In this document: in pieces, positions 63,406 through 64,000 of the stretch
Numbering within the stretch: position 1 is the stretch's first letter
Layout of the letters: every line of letters starts with the position of its first letter
NCBI RefSeq assembly: GCF_964213995.1
Contig: NW_027590536.1
Coordinates: forward strand, 186,001 to 250,000
Reading direction: 5' to 3'
From: Mustelus asterias
Lineage: Eukaryota
DNA: 64,000 nt
The notes under the pieces: generated by a model
Database searches by the model: none
The model's input: only the letters and a program-made list of their open reading frames with translations
What the model was told of the DNA's origin: nothing
Position numbers and translations under genes: made by a program

Positions 63406-64000
63406 ATGCAAGAAAACAGCAATGTTCACAGTGTAGATAAACCGTGGAAATCTGGGGACTGTGAGCAGGGATTCAGATCCCCGTCTGAGCTGGAAACTCA
63501 TCAGCCCTGTCACGCTGGGGAGAGGCCATTCACCTGCCCTGAGTGTGGGAAGGGATTCACTTGGTCATCCAACCTGTTGAGGCACCAGCGTGTTCATAAT
63601 GGGCAGAAGCCATTCACCTGTCCCGAGTGTGGGAAGGGATTCACTCGATCATCTGGGCTGCAACAACACCACCGAGTTCACACTGGGGAGAGGCCATTCA
63701 CCTGCTCCAAGTGTGGGAAGGGATTTACTGATTCATCCACTCTGCTGAAACATCAGCAAGTTCACACTGATGAGAGACCATTTAAATGCCTGGACTGTGG
63801 GAAGTGCTATAAAAGTTCTCAGAACCTAATGCGACATCAGCATGTTCACACTGAGGAGAGACCCTTCAGATGCTCTCACTGTGAGACTGGGTTCAGACAA
63901 TCATCTGAACTCACTGCACATCAGCGAATTCACACTGGGGAGAAGCCGTTCATCTGTTTCAAATGTGGGAAGAGATTCACTCGATCATCAGGGCTTCTAC
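63406..64000 (+). CDS. C2H2 ZNF gene H, running off the window end
   Basis: Read by hand: MQENSNVHSVDKPWKSGDC..., then 5 complete fingers and the start of another, open to 64000. Acceptor TTTCACAG near 63325. Confidence 0.88.
   Translation, partial: MQENSNVHSVDKPWKSGDCEQGFRSPSELETHQPCHAGERPFTCPECGKGFTWSSNLLRHQRVHNGQKPFTCPECGKGFTRSSGLQQHHRVHTGERPFTCSKCGKGFTDSSTLLKHQQVHTDERPFKCLDCGKCYKSSQNLMRHQHVHTEERPFRCSHCETGFRQSSELTAHQRIHTGEKPFICFKCGKRFTRSSGLL

Overview
Vertebrate nuclear DNA, very likely from an elasmobranch (shark): the HE1-like V-SINEs and the CR1, Rex1/Babar, Penelope and Tx1 repeats fit that lineage. The window is a tandem cluster of at least 9 C2H2 zinc-finger (ZNF) genes/pseudogenes plus fragments, with no KRAB/SCAN/BTB domain visible. 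Several sit as head-to-head pairs on CpG-rich bidirectional promoters, embedded in dense, often nested retroelements. Main observation: three separate insertions end in AAAAGAG and sit at the same position just 5' of the inferred exon-1 splice donor (G(C/G)CA(A/G)CATCTG) of three ZNF paralogs, while two other paralogs are empty. They are a truncated Tx1 LINE, a pre-tRNA-Arg(ACG) retrocopy with a Tx1-like tail and a 15-bp TSD, and a 96-bp orphan. This suggests a sequence-specific Tx1 family that targets ZNF genes and can capture Pol III RNAs. The ZNF genes also share a near-invariant uORF exon/intron cassette, vestigial leader fingers with conserved TGAs, a promoter dyad and a conserved 3' UTR block. 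Repeat boundaries were read by eye and are approximate; exon structure is inferred from sequence only.
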